In this document: positions 1 through 9,475 of the stretch, piece after piece | How the letters are laid out: the number at the start of each line of letters is the position of its first letter | Numbering within the stretch: the stretch's first letter is position 1 | Origin: a virus | DNA: 64,000 nt | Strand: one strand, 5' to 3' | IMG/VR virus record: IMGVR_UViG_3300028840_006907 | Span: 320,001-384,000 of that record | Program-made: the position numbers and the translations under genes | The notes under the pieces: model-generated | Database searches by the model: none | What the model saw: only the letters and a program-made list of their open reading frames with translations | What the model was told of the DNA's origin: nothing

Positions 1-615
1 TTATTCCTCTCGTTTTGGTGTTATTATCATATATCCTTGTGATTGGAAATCTCTAGTAAGAGAATGTGTCTTTCCGAATGCATCAAAAAGGAATTTTGAT
101 CCGGAGGTAGGAGATATTTCATGGGCTAAAGTATTCGGTCCATCTGTAAAGGGGCCACTCTCATAAAGGCGTAAATCATCAGTTATAATTATATCATTTG
201 TGACATCTTTTAAAGATGTGATTACTTCTACTTCTTTCTCACATGGGAGTCTCGTATTATAATCAGGTTCACTATTATAATAGGTATAATGGAAGTCAGC
301 TCCTGGGAAATGAGCATCTAAAAAGAACAGTGTGTTGCCTTTCAAGTCCTTTATGATTTCGGGCAGAATTTTAAATGAGTTACCGTGATAAATTTTACAA
401 TTTTTCCCTTTTTCTTTTGATAGAGCATCAAATTTTTTTACTGCTTTTTTATATATCTGATCATAAATCTCTATTGAATAAAAATTTTCAAAGGAATAAT
501 TTAATGCATATTCCAAGCAATCACCTTCACCGGTACCAGTTTCAACATAATTTTTGAGGTTAAACGATTTAATCCATTTTTCCATTTCTGTAATAACTTG
601 ATTTATGTGTCCCAT
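1..615 (-). CDS. SAM-dependent methyltransferase-like protein (TylF/CmcI-like O-methyltransferase fold)
   Basis: Complete ORF (stop at 1-3 on minus strand). Motifs VETGTGEGDC and LFFLDAH resemble SAM-binding/metal-binding motifs of macrocin-type O-methyltransferases. By-eye motif call only. Confidence 0.45.
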   Translation of the reverse strand: MGHINQVITEMEKWIKSFNLKNYVETGTGEGDCLEYALNYSFENFYSIEIYDQIYKKAVKKFDALSKEKGKNCKIYHGNSFKILPEIIKDLKGNTLFFLDAHFPGADFHYTYYNSEPDYNTRLPCEKEVEVITSLKDVTNDIIITDDLRLYESGPFTDGPNTLAHEISPTSGSKFLFDAFGKTHSLTRDFQSQGYMIITPKREE

Positions 616-623
616 TTAATTCC

Positions 624-1286
624 TTATCTATAATTGTAATTGACTTTGAATAAGTCTTTGAGGTGGTAATAGTTCTTTGGTCCCCATCTTGAAAAGAGAT
701 CAATCTTTTTTGCCTTTAAAGTAAGCTTTTCCATTATGTAATTAAACACTGTATCGATTAATTGAATCTCTTCAGCATTTTCAATTACTTTGGACCAATC
801 AATTACATTAAAACCTTCATAAAGAGTATTATCTATTATTCTTAAATTAGTGGTAATTGGTATGGGAAAACATTTACTATGAGGAGGAGTACCATAATGA
901 ATATTTCTAAAGACATATCTCTCATTATCTTTTAAACCTAGTATTTTATAATAAAGTTCATTTTCTTTCTTAGGGAATCTTTTAAAATTAAAGTAATTGG
1001 TCCAATCCCTGTGATCCAGTCCTACTAATTTATACTTTCCTTCCATGATAGGACCTGGAATTATTTGATCCGCATTTTGTAGATCTACATAGAGGTCTAT
1101 ATTATCGGGTTGGCCAAGAGGTACGAATTCGACTCCTGGGCTTATGAGGTAATCATTATACCATAAAAATTCTTTTCTGACGGGCCATTTTACTTGATAG
1201 CCTTGGTGCACAAAGTGCTGACCAATTTTTTGACAGAAAAAGACATCTCCAATGCCAGCCGGTTGATTTATTACGCATAGTTTCAT
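624..1286 (-). CDS. hypothetical protein in glycan-modification operon
   Basis: 220-aa ORF tightly packed between methyltransferase-like genes; no motif recognised. Confidence 0.35.
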   Translation of the reverse strand: MKLCVINQPAGIGDVFFCQKIGQHFVHQGYQVKWPVRKEFLWYNDYLISPGVEFVPLGQPDNIDLYVDLQNADQIIPGPIMEGKYKLVGLDHRDWTNYFNFKRFPKKENELYYKILGLKDNERYVFRNIHYGTPPHSKCFPIPITTNLRIIDNTLYEGFNVIDWSKVIENAEEIQLIDTVFNYIMEKLTLKAKKIDLFSRWGPKNYYHLKDLFKVNYNYR

Positions 1287-2090
1287 TTATCCAATAATAT
1301 CCTTTAAGTATTTGTCGTATAAGATATCTTCAATTATGTCATACTGTAAGGCAATTTTGAAATTATTCTCAATATATTCCATCAAGGAATAATACAATTC
1401 AGGGGATAAATCCGATACATCAAAGTCATCTTTTAATGTTATGATACCACGACTATCAAAAAACTCTCCTACATCGGGACTCCCATGATATACTGGAACT
1501 GTACCAGTAGTAAAACAGTCCAATATTTTTTCAGTCCAGTAAGTTTCATATTGTGAATTTTCAATTGTAACGGAGAACATGTAATCTACCAGAGCAATTT
1601 CTTTTTTCTCTATTTCATTAAACCCTCTGCCGTAAAGATCTAATTTATCTCTTAATTTATTTACCCATGCTAGTCTGAAATTATGGCCAGCACACATCCT
1701 TTTAGCAGAACTCATCATTGAGGCTAATTTAGTCTTCTTATAAATTTTAGGTTCCTTTATCCAGTACCCGTGAGAGGTGATGTAATGGAAATTATCTGCA
1801 AGGCTGTAGATTCTTTTGTCATGGGTAAATAGGAGAGGATAGGATTCTGAAATTTCTTTTGCATGGGCTATTATGTTGTCTATTACATTAGGAATAATTG
1901 AACTGGATTCTACTACCCAGGCAATTTTATTCGTTTTATTATTTATGTTCGGAACTATTTGTTCATCTACGAAAAAAGTCAGATCTTCTTGTTTACCTTT
2001 AGACCAATCAAAGTACGTAGGTTTTTTCCATAGTGTAGAAGAATAAGCATGTTGGAACCAACCACCTATAAGTCCTATTTTCTTTTTCAT
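1287..2090 (-). CDS. hypothetical protein, possibly glycosyltransferase-associated
   Basis: 267-aa ORF abutting neighbours with no intergenic gap; no firm motif. Confidence 0.35.
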   Translation of the reverse strand: MKKKIGLIGGWFQHAYSSTLWKKPTYFDWSKGKQEDLTFFVDEQIVPNINNKTNKIAWVVESSSIIPNVIDNIIAHAKEISESYPLLFTHDKRIYSLADNFHYITSHGYWIKEPKIYKKTKLASMMSSAKRMCAGHNFRLAWVNKLRDKLDLYGRGFNEIEKKEIALVDYMFSVTIENSQYETYWTEKILDCFTTGTVPVYHGSPDVGEFFDSRGIITLKDDFDVSDLSPELYYSLMEYIENNFKIALQYDIIEDILYDKYLKDIIG

Positions 2091-2710
2091 TACAGACCGC
2101 CCTTGATATAGAATGCATCACCCCATGTCCCTCCATCCCATGTGGTCTCAGCTCTTTCAAAACCGTATTTTGAAAGGAAAGAATCCAACTCAGTTACCAT
2201 GCAACAATTTTCATAGACTTGATCACGATTTACTTCAGCAATGATATAGTCAATCTTTCTTAATGTCTCTGTGCCCCCTTTAAAAACTTCCAGCTCAAAT
2301 CCCTGGACATCAATATTAATGAGGTTGCTAAAATCAGAAAAATAAAAGTTGTCTAATTTTTCTACTCTTATCTCATCCGATTCTTCAAACTTAATATGTG
2401 GGTACTGTCTTAAATGTATCAGTGGTTTTAATAAGGAGCTAGATTCTCCTTGATTGGATGATTTATAGAAAGTCTTAAAACATTCTTCCGGACCTAAAGC
2501 AATGTTATAAATTCTTACTCTAGAGTCGTCTTTGATATTCTCGTATAGTACTTTAAAGGAATCTGGATCGGGTTCGAAAAAGTTCATCTCTTTTATTGAA
2601 TCATATTTTATATAAATTTTATATTCTTCCCCATAATGGGCTCCTATATGAATGATCCCAGTAACATTCATGTCGTATTTGTTTATTAATCTATCGAAAT
2701 CAAGTAGCAT
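2090..2710 (-). CDS. FkbM-family methyltransferase-like protein
   Basis: 206 aa; N-terminal GIIHIGAHYGEE resembles the FkbM-type SAM-binding region; operon context with other transferases. Confidence 0.45.
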   Translation of the reverse strand: MLLDFDRLINKYDMNVTGIIHIGAHYGEEYKIYIKYDSIKEMNFFEPDPDSFKVLYENIKDDSRVRIYNIALGPEECFKTFYKSSNQGESSSLLKPLIHLRQYPHIKFEESDEIRVEKLDNFYFSDFSNLINIDVQGFELEVFKGGTETLRKIDYIIAEVNRDQVYENCCMVTELDSFLSKYGFERAETTWDGGTWGDAFYIKGGL

Positions 2711-4765
2711 TTAATCCTCCCACTTAAGTTCAATCTCTTGATGTGGGGAAATATTTTTTACCCCTTTAATATTTCTGATAGATAGTTTACGGCCTTCCAA
2801 ATATTTCTGATTAAATTCTCCTGCTGAAATATTACCATGTCTGTTAGGGTAAGCTCCAACAAGATTTACAGGTATATTAACAATTTTAGATTCGTCATAA
2901 CAGAGCATCATAGGTCTTTCTGGAATCTGTTTCATAAGAGCATCTTCGAAAGTATTAGGATTGTTATAGGTACCGTTTTTTATTGCACTCATTAAATCAG
3001 GTGTACGATAGATATTTCCATCAACACTCATGGGATACCCCCAATCCCCGGCATAATTTTTCCATTCCCATTTATTTTCTGAAGAAAGATCGGGAGGCGG
3101 AGATGGTATGTTTTGGGGATAACAGAAATTGATCCTAGAGCATAATCTCAAAGAGATGCTTAAGATCTCATCTGGATTTAATTTGTCAAAGTCATTTCTT
3201 AATTTGTACGGTTCTTTGAATACAATGTCATCAACTAAAAACATTGTATATTCTTTTTCGGTATTTACAGCATTTATAACTGAATCTTTAAAATCATTAG
3301 TTTGTTTATAAAAGTAGAATCCTGGATGATCTGAGATAACTTTATCATAACCAGCTTTAAAATCATCGTTACTGTATGTCCATATAATAGTTATTTTGAA
3401 TTCGTACCAGTTTTCCCAAAGTTCCTTTATACTTCTTAATAATAAATCTAGTTGACATGCCCGATCTTTACTGAAAATAACAACATTCATATTTTTTAGT
3501 CTTTTATAGGGAGGTCTTTGGAAGATCCCATGAGCACAGTCCCTCTGTGTAGACCCTCTTTTATGGTCATTGACATCACTTTCAGTATTATAGATGTAGT
3601 TAAATGAAGTTAATAATTTAGCGTGTGAAGGACCTGCCATTTCGAGCATGGGTATCATGAATGACAAATCTCCTGCCATATGCCAGAAAGTGTCACCAGA
3701 GATAAAATCTCTTTTATCTATTTTTCTAAACAGCCATGTTTTAAAGGTCCTTAAATGAGTGGCTCTCCAGTCGGTGGTTTTTCTGAGAAGGTCCCAATTG
3801 GGCATTTTTGCCCATCCATCTCGTTCACCTCTTCCATTATATTCTCTAAATTGTCCGAATGAGATCCAGGTATCCGGGTCTTTATAAGCTTCAAGGACTC
3901 TTTCAAAAACCTTATTGTCATCTGGTAGCCAGTCATCTCCATCAATATTTATACAAATATCTTGATTATTAATTTCGGGTCTATGTAAAGTATGATAATA
4001 ATTTCCGCTGACATATCTTTTTTCGGTATTATTTATAATAACAAATCGATCATCTCCGTAAGTATGCCTTTCAATAAAATCAAGACTGTTATCTGTAGAT
4101 AGGTCATTACAGATATAACATTTCCAGTTTCTTACTGATTGGTTTTTTATACTGTTGATACATCGGATAATGTATTTACCTGCATTCCAACATGGAGTGA
4201 CAATTCGTAATGTATTTTTTTCTTCTTGATATTCTTGTAACACTTTGACTTCAGGTTTGGTCTCTTCTTTTTGGATACTCTTTTTTCGAACAACAATTTC
4301 GAAGGACCATTCTCCGTACATTTTTAAGTCGTAACGTTCATGATGGATAAGTTCTACACCACCTATTTTTTGAAGAATTTCCCAGAGATCTTCCCAGCCA
4401 AAATGATGGATATGTTTTTTGTTACATCTTGGATCATCTAATGGATGATAATATTCTTTGTCTACTTGGTAGAGGACTAGATATCCATCATCTTTGAGTA
4501 TTCTGAGCCACTCTCTGAGGGTTGCTTCGGTATCATATATTTCTTCCAATAAATGACTGGAATAGACATAATCAAAATGTTTATCAGGGTAGCAGGGCAT
4601 GAGACGGGCGTCTATGGGCATGTCTGCGAAAGGACTTAAAAGATCTATCCCTATAGCATCAATTTTTATTTTTGTATTACCACAGCCTAAGTCAACTCCT
4701 TGACCTTGACAGTATTTGAGTAATCTATTTCTGCAATTATCTGTTTCTCCTTTATGTCTTTCCAT
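2711..4765 (-). CDS. bifunctional class I SAM methyltransferase / GT2-like glycosyltransferase
   Basis: 684 aa; N-terminal motif I GVDLGCGN plus acidic post-I region; central KCYICNDLSTDNS resembles the GT2 DxD region. Confidence 0.55.
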   Translation of the reverse strand: MERHKGETDNCRNRLLKYCQGQGVDLGCGNTKIKIDAIGIDLLSPFADMPIDARLMPCYPDKHFDYVYSSHLLEEIYDTEATLREWLRILKDDGYLVLYQVDKEYYHPLDDPRCNKKHIHHFGWEDLWEILQKIGGVELIHHERYDLKMYGEWSFEIVVRKKSIQKEETKPEVKVLQEYQEEKNTLRIVTPCWNAGKYIIRCINSIKNQSVRNWKCYICNDLSTDNSLDFIERHTYGDDRFVIINNTEKRYVSGNYYHTLHRPEINNQDICINIDGDDWLPDDNKVFERVLEAYKDPDTWISFGQFREYNGRGERDGWAKMPNWDLLRKTTDWRATHLRTFKTWLFRKIDKRDFISGDTFWHMAGDLSFMIPMLEMAGPSHAKLLTSFNYIYNTESDVNDHKRGSTQRDCAHGIFQRPPYKRLKNMNVVIFSKDRACQLDLLLRSIKELWENWYEFKITIIWTYSNDDFKAGYDKVISDHPGFYFYKQTNDFKDSVINAVNTEKEYTMFLVDDIVFKEPYKLRNDFDKLNPDEILSISLRLCSRINFCYPQNIPSPPPDLSSENKWEWKNYAGDWGYPMSVDGNIYRTPDLMSAIKNGTYNNPNTFEDALMKQIPERPMMLCYDESKIVNIPVNLVGAYPNRHGNISAGEFNQKYLEGRKLSIRNIKGVKNISPHQEIELKWED

Positions 4766-4788
4766 TTTATTCCTCTAATTTAAATATG

Positions 4789-5337
4789 TTATCTGTTATC
4801 TTTTACAATCTGTTCTAATTGAGCTATACGATTTTTTAACTCAGTATTTTCAGTTTTTAATTTTTCTAATTCTTTCTCTTCTTCAATTTCGGTGTCTTTT
4901 ATCATAATGGAAAGAATTTCAATTTCAGCAGGTTTAATAATTTCTGGAAAATGTTCGAAATTAATTAAATAGAAATCTATTTCGATTTCTTCCTCCAGAA
5001 TTGAGTTGATTTCAGTAAAGAGTTTTTCATATTTATTTTTTAAATCAATAAGTTCAATTTTGAATTGAGGATTTTCTGCAACACCTTTAAATTCTTCGTT
5101 CTCGATGATGGGGGCATTATTTTCGTCTCTATCCACATATTTGGCACAAAGGTTTAGTCTCTTTTCTTCAAATTCATTTAAATCTTTTTGAAGGTTATCT
5201 AATATTTCGAGTTCTTCTTTTATCTTGTTTTTATTTTTTAATAAACCTAGTCCAAACCATTTGGATGCATCTATAATACTAACTCTTTGTATTGATTCGT
5301 TAATTTTTTTGATTTCTCCTCTTTTTATTTTAGCCAT
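4789..5337 (-). CDS. coiled-coil hypothetical protein
   Basis: 182 aa, K/E-rich heptad-like sequence (ELKNRIAQLEQIVKDNR). Confidence 0.4.
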   Translation of the reverse strand: MAKIKRGEIKKINESIQRVSIIDASKWFGLGLLKNKNKIKEELEILDNLQKDLNEFEEKRLNLCAKYVDRDENNAPIIENEEFKGVAENPQFKIELIDLKNKYEKLFTEINSILEEEIEIDFYLINFEHFPEIIKPAEIEILSIMIKDTEIEEEKELEKLKTENTELKNRIAQLEQIVKDNR

Positions 5338-5344
5338 TTTTTTC

Positions 5345-5842
5345 TCACTCTGTCCTTGTTATGTTGTAAACTTCAGTTTTTATCTTATCTAATTTTTTAA
5401 GAGTATCTTTTAAATTTTTCTCTATATCAAAGATTTCTTTCACAAATACTTCACTAGCGTTATATTGACCTTTTTTTATTTGCATTATAGCTATTTGTCT
5501 ATGTTCCGGTTCTGAAAGTACAAGAACGGTATTATCAGGAATTTTTCTTGAAATTATAACAGTAGCTCCCCACATATAACCCATAATACCATTTCTTATA
5601 GATTCTTTTCTTGTCTCCATATCAATTGAATCTTTACAAAATTTTCTAATATCAACATAAGATCTAGAATTCATTAAAACTTCATTTACTCTATTTTCAT
5701 GTTTTTCTATTTCTGCAAATCCATCAGCTAAAATATCGGGTATAAAATTAGGAATAGGGCTTTTAATAATTTTCCTAATATTTAATGACTTGATGAATTC
5801 TTCATATTCTATGTCTTTTAATTCTTTCGATAGGTATGCCAC
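5345..5842 (-). CDS. hypothetical protein
   Basis: 165-aa ORF in operon. Confidence 0.4.
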   Translation of the reverse strand: MAYLSKELKDIEYEEFIKSLNIRKIIKSPIPNFIPDILADGFAEIEKHENRVNEVLMNSRSYVDIRKFCKDSIDMETRKESIRNGIMGYMWGATVIISRKIPDNTVLVLSEPEHRQIAIMQIKKGQYNASEVFVKEIFDIEKNLKDTLKKLDKIKTEVYNITRTE

Positions 5843-6393
5843 TATTCATCCCCTTTAAAGATAGTATCTAAAAGTGAACCTTTATTATCCGATAATATGC
5901 AATTTTCGAAATAGGTTTTGAAAGATAAAGCATTTATTAATCGTTGAAAATCGACTCTTATTATTTTAAAGAAATAGTCATAAGCACAAGATGGGCATAT
6001 ATGATATATTTCAGGTTTTCCAGAGTTTTCTGAAACAATATCATATTTAATACATGTACTCTTAGCAGGGATATTACATCCTTTGATAGAACATTTTTGA
6101 GCCCATTCAATTATCTCTATGAATACTCTTCCTTTTTCACCATTATAGAAATTTGTGTAGAAAGGATTTATTTTCATATAAGTAATAGGGAATATATTAT
6201 ATACAGTAAGAACCGTATGGGGCTCTTTCATTGTTGCATCGATATCTTCTGAATTTCGTGAAATATATAATTCAGAGTCACATTGCATAATTTCTTTAGC
6301 CTTATTTTTATCACTAGTGGCTATTACTACTCTGTATGAGAAATTCAAAAGATTATCAAAATATTTATCAGTTGTAAATACTTCTAAATTCAT
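5842..6393 (-). CDS. hypothetical cysteine-containing protein
   Basis: 183-aa ORF with several Cys (CNIPAKSTC, CPSCAYDYF). Confidence 0.4.
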   Translation of the reverse strand: MNLEVFTTDKYFDNLLNFSYRVVIATSDKNKAKEIMQCDSELYISRNSEDIDATMKEPHTVLTVYNIFPITYMKINPFYTNFYNGEKGRVFIEIIEWAQKCSIKGCNIPAKSTCIKYDIVSENSGKPEIYHICPSCAYDYFFKIIRVDFQRLINALSFKTYFENCILSDNKGSLLDTIFKGDE

Positions 6394-6731
6394 TATAATC
6401 CTAATCTTTTAATAGTATGAGCTATATTTGGGAAATCCTCTTTTAATATATTAAATTGATTTTTACTATATGCTTTGATTTCGGTTGCTTCAGGAGCTAT
6501 CCAAATTTGAGCACCCCATATTTTTGCACAACATCCTTTTTCAAAACGTTCCTTATTTTTTTCAAAATCAAAAAAATTGTATACTTCTCTTGCGTAAAAC
6601 CAGTCTTGTGGGCCTATAATTATATGATCAACTTCTTCTTTAGCGCTTCGTATTTTTGAAAATATCTGTCCAAAATATCCGATTATATCTTCTTCATTCA
6701 TTTTTTTTAAAATTGACATGTCTACTCCCAT
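6393..6731 (-). CDS. hypothetical protein, tandem paralog A
   Basis: 112 aa; C-terminal APEATEIKAYSKNQFNILKEDFPN matches the neighbour's IEEATEVKVYHEGNFSDMKKDFPN. Confidence 0.4.
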   Translation of the reverse strand: MGVDMSILKKMNEEDIIGYFGQIFSKIRSAKEEVDHIIIGPQDWFYAREVYNFFDFEKNKERFEKGCCAKIWGAQIWIAPEATEIKAYSKNQFNILKEDFPNIAHTIKRLGL

Positions 6732-7081
6732 CGTACTTTTTGTAATAATAGATTGTTAGGGAAGTCTTTTTTCATATCACTGAAATTTCCTTCGTGGTAA
6801 ACTTTGACTTCAGTTGCTTCTTCAATTAATAATACAGGGGTTTTCCATAGGAAACCCACTAGTCCATCTTGAGAGTGTTCATGTTTTTCGATAGAGTCGG
6901 TGTCTAAATATTCTCTGATACCTGATAAGGATGTGAGATAATCCCAATCAATTCGATTTATTATCATATAGCGTGGTTTTTTCTCTTGTCTGATAAAGAG
7001 CAAAGAGATGTGATTAATTACTTTATTCTTTTTAGTATTTTTATTACCGGTTTTTCCAGCGATTTCTTTTAAGCTTGGCAT
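6722..7081 (-). CDS. hypothetical protein, tandem paralog B
   Basis: 119 aa; shares the EATE-K-Y...DFPN motif with 6393-6731. Confidence 0.4.
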   Translation of the reverse strand: MPSLKEIAGKTGNKNTKKNKVINHISLLFIRQEKKPRYMIINRIDWDYLTSLSGIREYLDTDSIEKHEHSQDGLVGFLWKTPVLLIEEATEVKVYHEGNFSDMKKDFPNNLLLQKVRWE

Positions 7082-7084
7082 TTA

Positions 7085-7759
7085 CTATTCCCGGTAAAAA
7101 GGTGGAAAGGAAACCCAATCTTTCATTCCTTTTAGAACGAGTCCATCTACATCTACCTGCATTCCTCCTACTATTTGGATCATGGGTTTGAACTTTTCAC
7201 AAATTCTTTTTATAAATCGGAAATCATGTTCAGGTTCATGTCTCCAAGGTTCTTCGATGGCCCATTCTCTTTTTACTATATAACAAGGAGTACCTACGTG
7301 GCATATGATAGGAAACATATGAATATCAATTTCAGGAACAAGAACAATTGTCTCGGGATCTCCATCTTTATACATCCGGGATTGCTGACATGACATCTGT
7401 ACTATACCAATCATGTTGTCACGGCAATTTGAGATGAGTGTTTCGAGATAAGTATCTTTGTAACGATCATCATCATCACAAAATACTAGGTATTGTCCCC
7501 GAGAAATTTTTATACCGTGATTTCGTGGTTTCGTTCCTGGAGAGATATCCATATTACCGTAATCTTTTTCGATATTACAGAATTGTGTCCAGGGTCCAGC
7601 AGTTTTCATTAAGTTAATGACATCTACAGGAGGTGGTCCATCATATACTATTATATGTTCAAAATTTTTAAAAGTTTGGTTTTTGAAATCGTTAAGTAAA
7701 TTTGATAGTTCTCTTACACCGCGAGAAGCAGGGGTAATAACACTGATAGTTGGTCCCAT
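7085..7759 (-). CDS. GT2-family glycosyltransferase-like protein
   Basis: 224 aa; N-terminal ISVITPASRG...FEHIIVYDGPPP resembles the GT2 N-terminal region; CDDDD acidic cluster. Confidence 0.5.
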   Translation of the reverse strand: MGPTISVITPASRGVRELSNLLNDFKNQTFKNFEHIIVYDGPPPVDVINLMKTAGPWTQFCNIEKDYGNMDISPGTKPRNHGIKISRGQYLVFCDDDDRYKDTYLETLISNCRDNMIGIVQMSCQQSRMYKDGDPETIVLVPEIDIHMFPIICHVGTPCYIVKREWAIEEPWRHEPEHDFRFIKRICEKFKPMIQIVGGMQVDVDGLVLKGMKDWVSFPPFYRE

Positions 7760-8011
7760 TTTGTCTCCAAGCCAATTTTAAAAAAGATAAATAAAAATTA
7801 GGTCTCATCATAGTAAAAAATATTAAAAGAATATTAAAATACCCTTTACATGCCATATAAATACTTTTTTCTTTTAGAAGTCCTTATAGTCCAGTAGGTT
7901 ATATATCAATTTAATTATCTTTTAATACAAAATTCCTTTGTATAGATCTAAATTTTCTTTAAAATAGAGATATTAAATTCAAATCTAAATCAAATAGTGA
8001 AAGGATTCCTA
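7760..8011. promoter_or_regulatory. divergent intergenic promoter region between minus-strand operon and plus-strand block
   Basis: ~250-bp AT-rich non-coding gap between divergently oriented gene blocks; several TATAAT-like boxes. Confidence 0.3.
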
Positions 8012-9475
8012 ATGGTAACAGAGTTTACAAAAGGCAAAAATCAAAAATTTGTAGCAACTATATCCTTCAGTCTTAATTGGGATGATAGAGATATTAAATC
8101 TATTAAGATAAAAGAGGGTCAGGAACTTTTCTATGATGGTGAAGTAGCTACTGTAGAAAATGGTGCTGGACAAGTAAAAGGTCGGTGTATGGGGTTAAAA
8201 TCAGCCATTAATGTTATGAATTGGTTGGTTCCTGTGGAAAATGGGGGGTCTTCAAAAACTCCTGAAGTACCAAAAATAGTTAGTGATAGTTTATTTGAGA
8301 ATGATGATTATAAACCAGGAATAGGTGGAAATCTTGACACTTATATCGAACGAACTAATGAAATTGGTGGGAAACGAGAAATTATCAAGGAAGAAGATTT
8401 GATTGTTAAAACTGTCTCACCTATTAATAAGAGAGAAGAGCAACCTAAGAAAGGAAAATTGGAAATAGCAGGAGATCAAGTTGAAGTCCCTAAAGACCGC
8501 CTTTTAGTAAGTAGTACCACTATAAGAACAAAGTCGAGTAAAAGAGATGTCACAATAACCAGAGCTGATGAAATGGGAGCTGATTCGGTACAACCTCTTA
8601 AAAAGGTTAAAGGAACAACTGCTAAAAAAGAAAAGAAAAAAAGTTTTACAGTTGATGATACTACTCCAAGACAAATTCATGAAGATATGAAATTGGATGA
8701 GATCCATCGTATCACTAAAGTTGTAAATGCTGATGAGTCTCAAGATGCTAAAGTTGTAAAGAAAATCGATAGATCTAAAGTAGAAGTCAAAGAAATTGAG
8801 GGAGTTACATTAAAGAGAACCGATTCTCCAAAAGATGTTAAGTTTAATAAAACAACTTCTCCTACTGAAGTTTCTATAAAAACTACTGTTGGTTCTGGAA
8901 GTAATTATTCCGCAGGAGATCAAGGTGGTGTGGTTGTAGGTAGATCTAAAGTTGCTAAAACTGGAGTTGAGAAAAAAGGTCAAGATTTAATTGATGATAT
9001 TTTTGAGGAAGCTCCAGTAATTACTGAAGAGGAAAAACAAAAACAAGCTAAAAAATTAGCTGAGAGAACAAAAAAAGCCCAAGAACGAGCGGCCAGCAGG
9101 AAAAAAAGTTCTAAAGAAACACAGAAAATGATGGAAAAGGAGAAAGAAGTTCAGAATGTAGAAGTTGAAATCCCTGCTGATAAGGCACCTGATCTTATTG
9201 AAGAAGTAAAAGCAGATGATTTAACAAAAATTACATCAGTGGAAATAGATGGTGATTTAACTGAAATAACTTCTGTAAAAGAAGATACTGTTGATTATCT
9301 ATTAATGTTGCCCGATAATTGGAACAAACTACATTGGGTAAAGAAGGAAAAATTTATAAAAGAAGTAACAGATGCTTCCTTTATAAGGTTTATTCTTTCT
9401 ATGGAAATAACCAAAGCAGTCAGAAATGCTTGTTTAGAAAGGTTAGAAGAACTTGGACAGAAAGAGTCAGGCTAA
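8012..9475 (+). CDS. lysine/glutamate-rich hypothetical protein (possible scaffold or internal structural protein)
   Basis: ORF track begins at a GTG at 7997; in-frame ATG at 8012 has a GAAAGGA RBS upstream. Highly charged low-complexity sequence. Confidence 0.5.
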   Translation: MVTEFTKGKNQKFVATISFSLNWDDRDIKSIKIKEGQELFYDGEVATVENGAGQVKGRCMGLKSAINVMNWLVPVENGGSSKTPEVPKIVSDSLFENDDYKPGIGGNLDTYIERTNEIGGKREIIKEEDLIVKTVSPINKREEQPKKGKLEIAGDQVEVPKDRLLVSSTTIRTKSSKRDVTITRADEMGADSVQPLKKVKGTTAKKEKKKSFTVDDTTPRQIHEDMKLDEIHRITKVVNADESQDAKVVKKIDRSKVEVKEIEGVTLKRTDSPKDVKFNKTTSPTEVSIKTTVGSGSNYSAGDQGGVVVGRSKVAKTGVEKKGQDLIDDIFEEAPVITEEEKQKQAKKLAERTKKAQERAASRKKSSKETQKMMEKEKEVQNVEVEIPADKAPDLIEEVKADDLTKITSVEIDGDLTEITSVKEDTVDYLLMLPDNWNKLHWVKKEKFIKEVTDASFIRFILSMEITKAVRNACLERLEELGQKESG

